Part shown: in pieces, positions 27,648-40,879 of the stretch | How the letters are laid out: every line of letters begins with the position of its first letter | How positions within the stretch are numbered: position 1 is the first letter of the stretch | DNA from: Octopus sinensis | Taxonomy: Eukaryota | Reading direction: 5' to 3' | Assembly (NCBI RefSeq): GCF_006345805.1 | Contig: NC_043001.1 | Location: 90,954,001-91,018,000, forward strand | DNA length: 64,000 nucleotides | Made by a program: the position numbers and the translations under genes | Notes under the pieces: model-generated | The model's input: only the letters and a program-made list of their open reading frames with translations | The model's database searches: none | Told to the model about the DNA's origin: nothing

Positions 27648-29089
27648 AAAATGCTATTTATTAAGAGAATAACAGATTTTAAACCCATTCAAAAATCGTA
27701 AATATAGATGTTCAGAAAGAAAATAAATTACGCGAGAAAACTCTTAAAATTTCAAATTAAAAATAATTAAAATTGATATGTTCAGATACGTATTAAGTCC
27801 ACTATCCTTGACGATTATGATATTACTTTACTTCTCTGGGGATACAAATCCACTCTAGCTTTGTTTTAAATGAGTTGGTACTTGATTTGTTAGAAGTTAA
27901 CGAGGTTTTCCTACACATCTAAGAGTTTTCAAATAGATCGTATTTTTCGTACCATCAGCGCCATATCAGCTCGCAGAGATACAAATCCACTGTAGAATAA
28001 TGAGTGCTACAACGCCATTTATTCTCTCAAGTACTTTATACTTGTTGAGTATGGGTCCCATCTTGCGATTTGACAAACTCATCATTATCGTTCATCGGTG
28101 GCATAAAACGATACTCTGGAATTGCTATGGCAACAAATAGTTCAAACTTCGCTGTGGCCAGTGGAGTCATTCGATTGGCTAAAATTACATAACTTTAAAT
28201 GCTTGAAACTTCTTTATTATCGATTTCATTAAAAAAACAAAAAAAAACAAAAACGATGAATGCGATTTTCTTCGTCAACAAACAAAACTTCATCAAAAGT
28301 ATATTGAAAAAAATAATCAGGTGAAACGTTTTGAAAATTTAAGTGTCTGGAAGAAATTTAACAAGATCTGTCTATTATTCCAATAATGATACAGTAAAAT
28401 TGAATTTGTATTTTGGATACAGTAGTTGCAAATTTCGTTTCAATGTATCTTCTTTCTGTTTTGCTTACTCGGGTATTCGTGTAATATTAAAATCAAGATG
28501 GCGTCTGACATTTATAACAGAATATTTTAATTTCAGTTTTGCCAAAATCGTCATATTGATCAGTGGTGATTTTGTTTATTAACAGAGTCTCTGTCGTATG
28601 TATGTATGTATGTATGTATGTATGTATGTATGTATGTATGTATGTATGTATGTATGTATGTATGTATGTATGTATGTATGTATGTATGTATGTATGTATG
28701 TATGTATGTATGTATGTATGTATGTATGTATGTATGTATACATACGTGCAGATTTGTATGTTTTGCTTTATGTATCGTATATACTGCCCCCCGACCACCA
28801 GGATTTCCATTTAAAAAGTGGGTTTTGAGTTATACTTGCTATATAAGACTACCCTAAGTCTTCGTGGAAAGTAGCTCGAGCGCCGAAGGCCCGTTGTTCA
28901 TAGCTAAAGGGAGCGTGTGAGCTGTAGCTTTCCCAGCAACCCTTGAAGCCTCTGTTTTATCTTGTGTTTCAATAGTATTTTAACTGTTTCAATCAGTAAA
29001 CTTTGTATGCAACAATTCTGCAGGCTTGGTTGTTTAAAATGTATCCAGTTCTTTTCAAAAGGTGGCCAAATATTGTAAATTATCTACTA

Positions 29090-29488
29090 CTAGCAGTATT
29101 GCCCGGCGTTGCTCGGGTTTGTAAGGGAAATAACTATATAAGCATTTTTAGAGATGTAAAGTATAATAGCCATCTCAATATGGCTAACCACAAAGGGGGG
29201 GGCGTGTTACTGTAGCTTTTTACGTTCTGAGATTTAATAATAAATTTTTAGAGAGTTACTTCCCTTATATATGCCAAAAATGCATTAAAAATGGGAAAAA
29301 TTGATGGTAAATTGTTTTTAAAATCGTAGACTCATCGTAGACGCACGCTAATACCCAGAAGGGCTCGATATGAATCACGTCTATAAGATACCCGGTTTTG
29401 GTTAAACTGCACCGCAAAATGTGGGAGTAGTTAGGAATCTAAATCGTAGGAGACAGACAGAACACAGCCTCTCTTTTATATATAAAGA
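29090..29488 (-). mobile_element. Non-autonomous Helitron-like element
   Basis: Reverse complement has a TC start and the same cccgagcaacgccggg...CTAG|T end. Shares its 5' part with 24006-24538. Confidence 0.78.
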
Positions 29489-29647
29489 TAATACACATAA
29501 AACGTACCTGGTTAGTGTAAACACTACTAAAGTGACGTCACTTAGGCGTTTGTTATTTTACAGCAACTAAGATGGTGTCGAGTATACCATAATAACACCA
29601 TTTACTTGAAATGGGTTTACAGACTTACTTATGGTATGTATAATATA

Positions 29648-30065
29648 GGCGCAGGAGTGGCTGTGTGGTAAGTAGCTTGCCTACCAACCACATGGTTCTG
29701 GGTTCAATCCCACTGCGTGGCATCTTGGGCAAGTGTCTTCTGCTATAGCCTCGGGCCGACCAATGCCTTGTGAGTGGATTTGGTAGACGGAAACTGAAAG
29801 AAGCCTGTCGTATATGTGTATATATATGTATGTGTATGTATATGTTTGGGTGTCTGTGTTTGTCCCTCTAGCATTGCTTGACAACCGATGCTGGTGTGTT
29901 TACGTCCCCGTCACTTAGCGGTTCGGCAAAAGAGACCGATAGAATAAGTACTGGGCTTACAAAGAATAAGTCCCGGGGTCGATTTGCTCGACTAAAGGCG
30001 GTGCTCCAGCATGGCTGCAGTCAAATGACTGAAACAAATAAAAGAGTAAAAGAGTAAAAGAGTAA
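29648..30065 (+). mobile_element. tRNA-headed SINE, family A (full length)
   Basis: ggcgcaggagtggctgtgtggtaag (A box)...ggttcaatccc (B box), central TA/TG tract, 3' tail ggcggtgctccagcatggc...gaaac and (taaaagag)n. Confidence 0.88.
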
Positions 30066-30074
30066 TATTAAATT

Positions 30075-30590
30075 GTAATATATTAGAAATGTTGTTTTAA
30101 AGGACACTGCTAGTGTTTTCTTTAATTTGTAAATTTTATCTTGTTCCACGAGACTATTGGTCTTGAAACAGTGTATCCATTTCGATGCTGCTCGTGGACC
30201 ATGTCTGCTACATGCTTCTCTAGAATCGGCTGGTGTGCATACACCGTATTCTCTCGCAACAGCACAGTTGTTGTGGGATTTGGCGTATGTTACCAATTGC
30301 AGCTTAAAACCAGCTTGATATTTCCTTCGTTTATCACTTGGAGACATGAGGGGTTTTTACAGTTGCTGGAGATTGATGTTCACCCACTGAGAGTACGACT
30401 GCTTATGAAAGAGTGACAACTTGAGCCTTTTCAAGAAATCCTGTCTGTAAATGTTTAAAAGAAACCGGTTACTGTAAAGTTTATTGTGATTGGTCTGACG
30501 GACACGAACTGGCTAATCACAGAAAGTGCCAGTACATGCTGCTAATTTTCTGTAACAGGTAGGTTAGTTACCGTAAACTACACGTGTCTC
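30075..30590 (-). mobile_element. Pogo-like transposon relic (N-terminal HTH)
   Basis: KRRKYQAGFKLQLVTYAKSHNNCAVAREYGV resembles the pogo/Brinker-type DNA-binding domain. Boundaries are approximate. Confidence 0.6.
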
Positions 30591-31578
30591 GAAAGCCTTC
30601 GGCTGGCTGAGCGCTGTATGAGAGAGCTCTCTAACGAGACAATATAAACAGAACGGACCCTGGGACCCGGTTGAACGGGCTGATTGTTTACATTTTCTGT
30701 TCGTCAGTTCTTGCAAATGGCGACTGCTATCTGTCCGCTAAGCTTGTTGGGCTGTTATTTTAATATGATCTTACTATTAATCCAGCTTCCCAAACATACG
30801 TGCAAGTATCAAAAGAAAATACTGAGTTGTAGAATCATAGGATCTATACGAGTGCTTTACACTGTCCTCCATTGGCATTGGTGCAGCTCTAAACTACAGG
30901 AAGTTGTATGTCTTCTCATGCATAAACTTGCGTATTTAGACATCCTTAAATATACTTAAATGATGTATGTATGTATGTATGTATGTATGTATGTATGTAT
31001 GTATGTATGTATGTATGTATGTTTGTATTTATGAATAGATGGATGGATGGATGGATGGATGGATGGATGGATGGACGGACAGATGTATGCCTTACCCACG
31101 TGGGTAAAGTATACATGATCTTTTTGGAATTTCATACCGAATGACCTGTCTCACTGCAATGCCTGTCAAAAGACTTCCAACTCACGCGGAGGATTTAAGC
31201 GACATTCGAACATTCATTATAGATGAGTGGAAAATGGAGCCAATGCAGAAATGTGACATTACTGCAGTATATGTTATCAGCTCTTCAAACGCCTTTCAGG
31301 GCTCAAAAGTTATTTAAGATCTCACACGGATAAATGAGCAACTAGAGATGCAAGAAAAGGTTAAGGCTCTGCAAGGAGCAAACAGTCACCATGTATATGT
31401 ATGCATGAATGCATTTACGTACATACGTATATATGTGTGCATGTAGGCATGTATGTATGTATGTATGTATGTATGTATGTATGTATGTATGTATGTATGT
31501 GTGTGTATGCTTGCAAGTATAGTTGTATATATGAATGCATATGTGTGTGTGTAGCATGAATATATAATAATAATAATG

Positions 31579-31644
<66 letters not shown>

Positions 31645-31662
31645 TGATGATAATAATATAAT

Positions 31663-32216
31663 AAATGCCCTGATGCAGTACCAGGCAGTGGCTCTCATGG
31701 CTTTTGATCTTAACTGATTGGAAGTGTTATCATGTACATTGTTTTGTCTTGGTATAAAGATGGGCTACAGCAAATATTCTGCTCAATACCACAGATTTGC
31801 TTGTCAGTTGTTTGACCATAACCAGTTGAGCATGTCCCTTAGTGGCTGACGATATGTGCATCTCTGATCACGAGCAGAAGTAGTGGGGGAGCATCATAGC
31901 CATGTGTTGAGAGGATTCTTTGGGGTTTGAATAATTCACCTCTGGAAACATGGGTGTTTCGTTCAACGTCCTTAAACAACCCTTATTCAGGACCTTTTGA
32001 GCGGGATGGGCTACTCAACCTGAAGAAAATTCTAACTGGGCTCCACCTGCAAGGTCATGTGCTGTTATCTTGATATGAGATCACCATGTCGCGCACATAT
32101 GGTTGTGATGCATGTGCCTGGTGTACCCTTATCAGACGGGTAGTCATGATGGGTATACTGGGCTTCGTATATTTTACCCCAGTGTCACTTTGATGGCATG
32201 CTCTGCTCGCTCACTC
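31663..32216. mobile_element. ~555-bp non-coding repeat embedded in (AAT)n, copy 1
   Basis: aaatgccctgatgcagtaccagg...cactc bounded on both sides by (AAT)n; highly similar to copy 2. Confidence 0.85.
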
Positions 32217-32261
<45 letters not shown>

Positions 32262-32457
32262 TCATTTCTTTATTGCCCACAGGGAGCTAAACACAGAGGG
32301 GACAAACAAGGACAGACAAGGGGATTAAGTCGATTACATCGACCCCAGTGATTAACTAATACTTATTTAATCGACCCCTTTTATGAAAGGCAAAGTCGAC
32401 CTCGGCGGAATTTGAACTCAGAACGTAACGGCAGACGAAATAATAATAATAATAATG

Positions 32458-32491
<34 letters not shown>

Positions 32492-32504
32492 TAATAATAA
32501 TAAT

Positions 32505-33062
32505 AAATGCCCTGATGCAGTACCAGGCAGTAGCTCTCATGGCTTCTGATCTTAACTGATTGGAAGTGTTATCATGTACATTGTTTTGTCTTGGTATAAA
32601 AGATGGGCTACAGCAAATATTCTGCTCAATACCACAGATTTGCTAGTCAGTTGTTTGACCTTAACCAGTTGAGCATGTCCCTTAGTGGCTGAAGATATGT
32701 GCATCTCTGATCACGAGCAGAAGTAGTGGGGGAGCATCATAGCCATGTGTTGAGAAGGATTCTTTGGGGTTTGAATAGTTCACCTCTGGAAACATGGGTG
32801 GTTCTTTCAACATCCTTAAACAACCCTTATTCAGGGACCGTTTGAGCGGGATGGGCTACTCAACCTGAAGAAAATTCTAACTGGGCCCCACCTGCAAGGT
32901 CATGTGCTGTTTATCTTGATATGAGATCACCATGTCGCGCACATATGGTTGTGATGCATGTGCCTGGTGTACCTTTATCAGACGGGTAGTCATGATGGGT
33001 ATATTGGGCTTCGTATATTTTACCCCAGTGTCACTTTGATGGCATGAACTGCTCTCTCACTC
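32505..33062. mobile_element. ~555-bp non-coding repeat embedded in (AAT)n, copy 2
   Basis: Same unit in the same orientation; a SINE at 32262-32440 sits in the intervening (AAT)n. Confidence 0.85.
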
Positions 33063-33116
<54 letters not shown>

Positions 33117-34421
33117 GGATGAAATTGTTAAAAAATTTACCAGCATATAAAAAATAGACCTATTAAGGTGAAATCATATATGTAATTATAATTAAGAGCA
33201 TAGAAATATTCCATCTTATATGCTGAAAATTGACGCTAAATCGTCCAACGGATTTTGAACGTGGTAGAATTGTAGAGCTCCAGAAACAAAGTCTGTCTCA
33301 ACGTGCCATCTCCAGTGAAATTGGTCGCAGTAAAAACGCCATTGCGAGCTTCTTAAAAGACCCTCAGGCATATAGATCGAAAAAAATCGACCGGCCAGCC
33401 AAAGAAAATTTCACCAGCGTTGAGTAGAAGGATTCGACGGGCAATTAGGAAATATACTAGCCGATCATCAAACCAGATTAAGCACTTACGGACGCAGAAT
33501 GCAGTTCAAGGACGATAAGACAACATTTGAGAGAAAGAGAAGCTTTAAAAATCTTAAACGTCTTCTAAGATCTTGTCTTCTTCCACGCTACACAACTTCT
33601 CACTTAGAATTTGCTCAGAATCACCAGACCTGGGGCGTTCACAACTGGAAGAAAGTTTTATTCTCAGATTTGAAGAATTTCTATCTTGATGGTCCTGATG
33701 GTTTCCAACGATACTGGCATGGAAAAAATATTCCACCGGAGATTATTTCAACGAGGCGCGGTGGTGGAGGCTTTATCATGGTGTGGGGTGTTTCCGCGTA
33801 CAGAGAAACTATGAAACTTCAGGTTGTGAAGGGACATCAAACAGCAGCTGGGTGTATTGGTATGTTGAAGAGGATATCACTCTTGACAGAAAGCCCTCGT
33901 TTGTGCGGATGTCAAAGAAATGCTTCAGAACAAATAACAAATAACGTTCATCTTTTGACTCATCCTCCATGTTCACCTGACCTTTGGTGATGGATGACAA
34001 GAGACGTTTACAAAAATGAAACGCAATTTGAGACTGTGGATCCTCTTCACCAGGCAGTTTTCACCTCGCAGCGTAATATTCCGGACAACTTCCTGTAAAC
34101 GCTTGTGTTGAGTATGCCACAGCGAATTTTTGAATTTTTTTCGCAGGAATGGTGGAGCTTCTAACCATCGAACCCATTTACAATTTAATCATTATTTTCG
34201 TTTGTTATTTGTCATGGTCTTAAACTTTTGACCAGGCAAAATATTGTTAGTTTTCATTCAATGCATATTTTGTGCATTAAATGTTAAACATGTTTTTAGG
34301 TTTTCGTATAGCATTTTCTATTTGCCAATAATAAATCTATAAAGTAAAATACTCGAATATAACAGTCTGCAAGGAGTTCATTTCGGCATTTTTTTCCCTG
34401 GTCTTAAGATCCAGTAGTGTA
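33117..34421 (+). pseudogene. Decayed Tc1/Tc3-like transposon
   Basis: LTDFERGRIVEL...SQRAI...IGRSK (paired-like HTH), WKKVLFSD.K.F.LDGPDGFQRYW, IMVWG and HPPCSPDL. 3' end ...ccagtagtg|ta; the left end is approximate. Confidence 0.85.
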
Positions 34422-34737
34422 TATTATTTCTGTCAGCAACGTCCCACGCCCTACAACTCTCACAGCTCTAATTATGTTCTCTTACAACATCATTCTATCA
34501 GTCTCCGCAATTACTACTAAACAATGAAGAGAAACCAAACACAAACTTTACTTCCAATGCCTTGCATGAATTTGCTATGTTTATCATATCTAAAAGAATT
34601 TAAATGTGCAGATCATGTTTTTCCTATAAGTTCGAAACTCTACAAGATCTTATGCTTTAAATTTGATTTTAAAATGTCATTTTATCTTTTCTTCGGCCTA
34701 CTATTTTTTCTCTTTCCCAGCATAAGCTCACCATAAA

Positions 34738-34779
<42 letters not shown>

Positions 34780-34784
34780 GTATG

Positions 34785-34841
<57 letters not shown>

Positions 34842-34844
34842 GTA

Positions 34845-34880
<36 letters not shown>

Positions 34881-34925
34881 TGTATGTATGTATGTATGTA
34901 TATATATATATATATTATATATATA

Positions 34926-34963
<38 letters not shown>

Positions 34964-35059
34964 ATACACTCACACACTCACAGATGTAGACGTACATGCA
35001 CACGCACATAAACACACTCTTGAATTCATTTTCGCCCAGAAATGCTAAGATTAGTTTAT

Positions 35060-35260
35060 TGTTTGGCAAACCAATCGGATTAAAAGTGGATTAAAGGTGG
35101 CTGAACGAAGACCACTCCTAAAGTTGTTAACCTAGACCTTCCAAAACATTTAGATTAGGTTTGTTAACACGGCCGTTGACTTAATCATTAAGAACTGATT
35201 CAAGTTGATTGGATGATGGCGGTCACATGAGTAACGAACAGCGAGACCGTAAAGAAATCC
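35060..35260 (+). promoter_or_regulatory. Candidate promoter / first non-coding exon of the tetraspanin gene
   Basis: The acceptor upstream of the ATG exon implies an upstream exon. This non-repetitive stretch has CCAAT (~35071), reverse CCAAT (~35208), TCACATGA (35223-35230) and weak donors at 35231 and 35249. Position is inference only. Confidence 0.25.
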
Positions 35261-35367
35261 TGTTCTTCTACACACAATAATAAAAAAACGAATTTTAGAA
35301 TTTAAATTTTATGTGAAATAACCTTTCCATGGGTAATTACATTGATTGATAGTAAAGCTATTTAATT

Positions 35368-36415
<1,048 letters not shown>

Positions 36416-36511
36416 CATTAATCCAAACATGAACAAAGAGAAAACACAACAACGCGAGGACGTGGAACAAATATAGTATTATTGGACGCTCAGGAAAGGA
36501 AAGAAAGGAGG

Positions 36512-36546
36512 GTTTAACATTTCGAGCGGAGCTCTTCGTCAGAAAC
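36512..36546 (-). ncRNA. Minimal hammerhead-like motif with no stem III loop
   Basis: Reverse complement reads guuu-CUGACGA-a-gagc(ucc)gcuc-GAAA-u-GUU|aaac. Stem I guuu/aaac. It lies in a repeat family (36430-36620) with a deleted copy at ~3220-3330. Confidence 0.55.
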
Positions 36547-37914
36547 ATAGAAAAAGGAAAGGTCCAAGGAAGGGAAGACAGAGAAAGAAAATCGCCAACG
36601 ATATACACGCGGTCACATATTGAAATGTACATATATATATATATATATATATAAATATACACTCACACACATATGTGAAATGATAGATATGTATTTGTGT
36701 GCGCGCGCGTATGTGCATGTGTGTGTGTGTGTGAATGAGTGTGGTCTAGGGATTAGGAGTAATGGTCATAAGATCGTGGATTCCTAGATCTGGCGGCGCT
36801 TTGTGTCCTTGAACAAGACAATAAGTTTCATATTGTTGCGATCTCTGCCTATGTATGTATGTATGTATGTATGTATGTGCGTGTGTATGCACGTACGTGC
36901 ATATATATGTATACGTATATGTGTGTGTATGTGTATGTATATATGTGTGTGTGTGTGTGTATGTGTGTGTATGTGTGTGTGTGTGTGTGTGTGTGAGTCT
37001 GTGTGTGTAACAATGTAGACATGTTGAGAATGGCGTGTGTGTACAAGAAGTAACTCGAAGCGTTTATGTATCTCCGAAACCTTAAAAATCGGAGATTATA
37101 AGCGTCACATTATTCCTATTTTTCTGAATTTTTAACCATGTGAAAATAAAATCATTTGCTATTGAATTCCGTCATTTGAAGGTACGTAATTTCTAAATAA
37201 ATATTTCGAAGCGTGTCTCCAGTCATTCGTTTAAGCCGTTGTCTTGAAATTATTTCTCGCTAAAACAGAAATTTCATTGAAAATATGTGATGTGGTCAAG
37301 AATTAACCTTTGGATTTTTATTGTCATTGACCATGTTTTTTTGTAAACACTAAATGTTCTTGGAATGAATATGAAAAAAAAAATTTTGTGGTTTCCTAAC
37401 TGTACGAATATAAAAGCTGATTTGGAAACAATTCTCAGTTAAACCAGCATAATTTCTGAGAAAACATATAGTACTTGATTATATTTCAGCCCAATACATG
37501 AAGACTTAACGTTAAGAGGGGGATTGTTTGGAGCAATACAATATCGAGTAGAGATTGAATTAATGTTGAGAGAAAGGTTTCTGGAATTAAAATAGTTAAT
37601 GGTACTTGCAAATGTTTTACAACAAGAATGCCTCATCTTGATTAAATTTCTATCAAAAATCTTATGTAATCTGTTTCATCGAAAAATGAAATGAGATTAA
37701 ATTTAAGATGTCACTTGAAGTATGTATACGTACATTGAAACTAAAAATAAAATAAAATGAAATGACAGTACATTTTTTTTTACTTACGTCACATCTACAC
37801 GTAATCTTTGACGCCATATGTTTTAGAACTGGACTGATATTATTAATTACATAGACGCAAGTCGATAATTCTCTGTTATTTCTATTTTTTTTCTTTTATA
37901 TTTCAGCAAGGAAA

Positions 37915-37974
37915 ATGGATTACGTTGAATCATGCGGAAGAAGCCTTATTGTCATTCTCAATCTTTTACTTTTT
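37915..37974 (+). CDS. Tetraspanin, coding exon 1 (MDYVESCGRSLIVILNLLLF)
   Basis: ATG at 37915 shortly after an acceptor (tttcag|37907); ends TTT|gtaagt, phase 0. N-terminal Cys plus the start of TM1 with the typical 'N-x-L-x-F' pattern. Confidence 0.88.
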
Positions 37975-38717
37975 GTAAGTAATACAAAATGAGGAACTAT
38001 CTATATTAGAAAGAAAAGTAGGCTAGGTGTAGCTGTGTGACAAGAAGTTTGTTTCCCAACCACATGGTTTCGGGTTCAGTCCTACTGCGTAGTACCTCGG
38101 GCAAGCATCTACTATGTCTTTGGGTCGACCATAATCTTGTGAATGAATTTGGTAAACTGAAACTGTGTGGAAGTCATCGTATATACATATATGTGTGTGT
38201 GTTTTTGCGTTTGCTCTCAAGCCATCGCTTGACAACCGTGTTGGCTTGTATACATCCCCGTAACTTAGTGGATCGCCTAGGAGATCGATAGGAACAGTAT
38301 CAGACTTTAAAAAATTAGTCAAACCCTTGAATAAACCAGTCAAGGGTTTGACTAAACCTTTGAGGGGCTTAGTCAAATAAATTTAGTCGATTTGCTTGAC
38401 TAAACTCCTCTTGACTGAAACAAGTGAAAGATAAAAGAAAAAGAAAAAAAAAGCGGTTTTCAAAGCATTCATTTAAATTAAGCATTTCATTTTTATTTAT
38501 TTCAATTTAATTTACTTTTTCTTTTTAAATAAACGTTGACTTGTGAAAATGCTCTTCCTCTATTTTACCTTTCACCTAAAATTTAATTTTTTATAAATTG
38601 AGGTTCTTATAATTTCTCCGCGTATCTTTCGACCTGTATGATATTTGTGAAAACAAACTAACATCTCTTTTAACTACAAAAATTAATTTCTCCGAGATTA
38701 CTTAAAATATAAAACGT

Positions 38718-39843
38718 AGAATTTTTTTAATCAGTTGGACCCATTAATATAATTTTACTCAAATGCTCTAATAGACCAAGAAGTCGGAAAGAATCCCTGT
38801 TATGACAAATGTAGCTAAGAATATACTACACTTCTAAGAATTGTATGAAATTTGTTGGGGTCATGACTAGTAATACAAGGTGGCATCAAAAGGTTCCCGG
38901 ACTTATTTACCTAAGTTTTAACATTATCTCCTTCGAATTAATCATCTTGCGCAGCAATACACCGGTCCCAGCGATTCTGCTACTTTTGAAATCTGGCCTG
39001 GAAGTCGTTTTCCGTAAGCGAGTCGAGGACCTTCTGCGATTCACCCTGGATCTCAACAACAGTGCTGAAACGGTGACCTTTGAGCTGCATTTTCATCGTT
39101 GGAAAGAGATGGAAGTCCACGGGCGCTAAATCTGGCGAATAGAGTGGGTGTCGAGGCGATACCATGTTGTTTTTGGCGAAAAACTCACGAGTGAGGAGAG
39201 AATCGGCAGAGAATCTAATTCTTCGTGTTCCACAAACGCTTCAAAACGTTGCAGTAGAACTCTTGATTAACGGTCTGGCTCTGAGACATGAATTCTCGAT
39301 GCACAAAACCACATTTCTGTGGATGACGCTTGTGACAGGTCCTCCAGATAGCTCATCGTCTTCCAGGGACGTTCTTCCGCTTTTAAAGCGCCCGTGCCAC
39401 CCGAAACATTGCGTACCACCCATTGCCTCATCGCCGTAAGCTTGCCGAAGCATGCTCAATGTCTCTGTAGCAGATTTCCCAAGTTTAACACAAAATTTCA
39501 TGTTGGATCTTTATTCCTGTCCATGACAAAATCGCAGACTACAGTATACATATGATCACAAACATACAAATATCACAACTTGCGAAGTAAACACAGCGAT
39601 GTCACTCGACACACTATCTCATGAAGGTCACTGCTAGCTCTCTCACTGCGCACGTAACCATGTGTTGCTGTCTGCTGACGCGCTACAGAACTAGTCATGA
39701 CCCCAACAAACTTCATACAATTCTTAGAAGGGTAGTATATTCTTAGCTACATCAGTTGTAACATGGACTCTTTCCGTCTTCTTGCTCTATTAGAGCATTT
39801 GAGTAAAATTATATTAATGTGTCCAACTGATTAAAAAAATTCT
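38718..39843. repeat. 154-bp inverted repeats (38718-38871, 39690-39843) flanking the mariner derivative
   Basis: Arms are reverse complements with scattered mismatches (e.g. ttgttggggtcatgactagt / actagtcatgaccccaacaa). Confidence 0.9.
38871..39690 (-). mobile_element. Internally deleted mariner element in tetraspanin coding intron 1
   Basis: KFCVKLGKSATETLSMLRQAYGDEAM...RFKSGRTSLEDDE.SG joined to HPLYSPDLAPVDFHLFP.MK..LKGHRF; the catalytic core is missing. Confidence 0.88.
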
Positions 39844-39904
39844 GTTTATTTATTTATGCTATATATATATATATGCTATATATATATGCTATATATATAT
39901 ATGC

Positions 39905-39950
<46 letters not shown>

Positions 39951-40006
39951 TAGATAGATAGATAGATAGATAAGTAGGTAGTAGATGTGTGTGTGTGTGT
40001 GGTGTG

Positions 40007-40069
<63 letters not shown>

Positions 40070-40125
40070 ATCCCCCGTTGTGGACGTGAATTACTAAATA
40101 TTACTGTCCTTTTGTTTTCCTTCAG

Positions 40126-40389
40126 TTGTTTTCCGCCATTATGGTGGTGGTCGGCTGTCTGGTGAAATATTCTTCACCAGTCTTCAACCGTTACTTCACT
40201 CCCATTATGGCCAGCGTGCAGCGGTTAGCCACCGAAGAACCCGCCGAGCATTCCTTGGGCAACATCAACATTGCAGATATCATTAACGAGGCAGCTACTG
40301 TCGCCATCGTTCTAGGGACTGTCTTGCTGATTATTTCTGTGTTCGGCTGGTGTGGTGCCTGTTGTAAAGTTCGATGGATGCTGGCTGTG
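40126..40389 (+). CDS. Tetraspanin, coding exon 2 (LFSAIMVVVG...GWCGACCKVRWMLAV): end of TM1, small loop, TM2, start of TM3
   Basis: ttttccttcag|TTG...GTG|gtaagt, 88 codons, phase 0/0. The G-x-CGACC-K motif matches the tetraspanin TM2/inner-loop consensus (GCxGAxxE). Confidence 0.95.
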
Positions 40390-40879
40390 GTAAGTTCTCT
40401 ACTTTTTCTTTCTCCCTACCAGTCTGTCTTTCTGTCTGTGTGTCTGTCTGCTTATTTGTCTGTCTGTCCATTTATTTGTTTGTTTCTCTGTCTGTTCCCC
40501 CCATCTCTCTTTCTCCCCCTCTCTCTCATCTCTATATCATGTGGAGCCTGTTGTCAAGTCCGTAAGATGCTAGCGTGGTAAGCTCTCTCCCCTTTTCTCC
40601 CTTCTCCCATTCCGTCCTCTCTTTACTTACATCCATCTTTCTTTTTAATTGAATATATTTTTTTACTGAGCTATTAATTCATTTCATCCTTCACACTTTC
40701 CTCTTTGTTGGACCATAAACTGACTGGGCGACTAAATAACTCGCTTACTCCGTCTTGCTTAATAGTCTGACTTTTTCTGAGTCCTGCTTTTTTGCAGTAT
40801 AACCTATTACCCCTTTCTTTTGAGGTTAATGTAAAGATGAACTGTTGGCCTGATTCTCAGAAGCTATTTCGGTTCATAA

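Noticed and set aside
29648-29720. tRNA genes at SINE heads (also ~51768, ~55180-55249 and others)
   Set aside because: A and B boxes are present, but there is no complete cloverleaf and each runs into a multicopy SINE body.
40126-40581. 151-aa ORF as a stand-alone gene
   Set aside because: Only 40126-40389 is exon; the rest is read-through into the intron past a canonical gtaagt donor.
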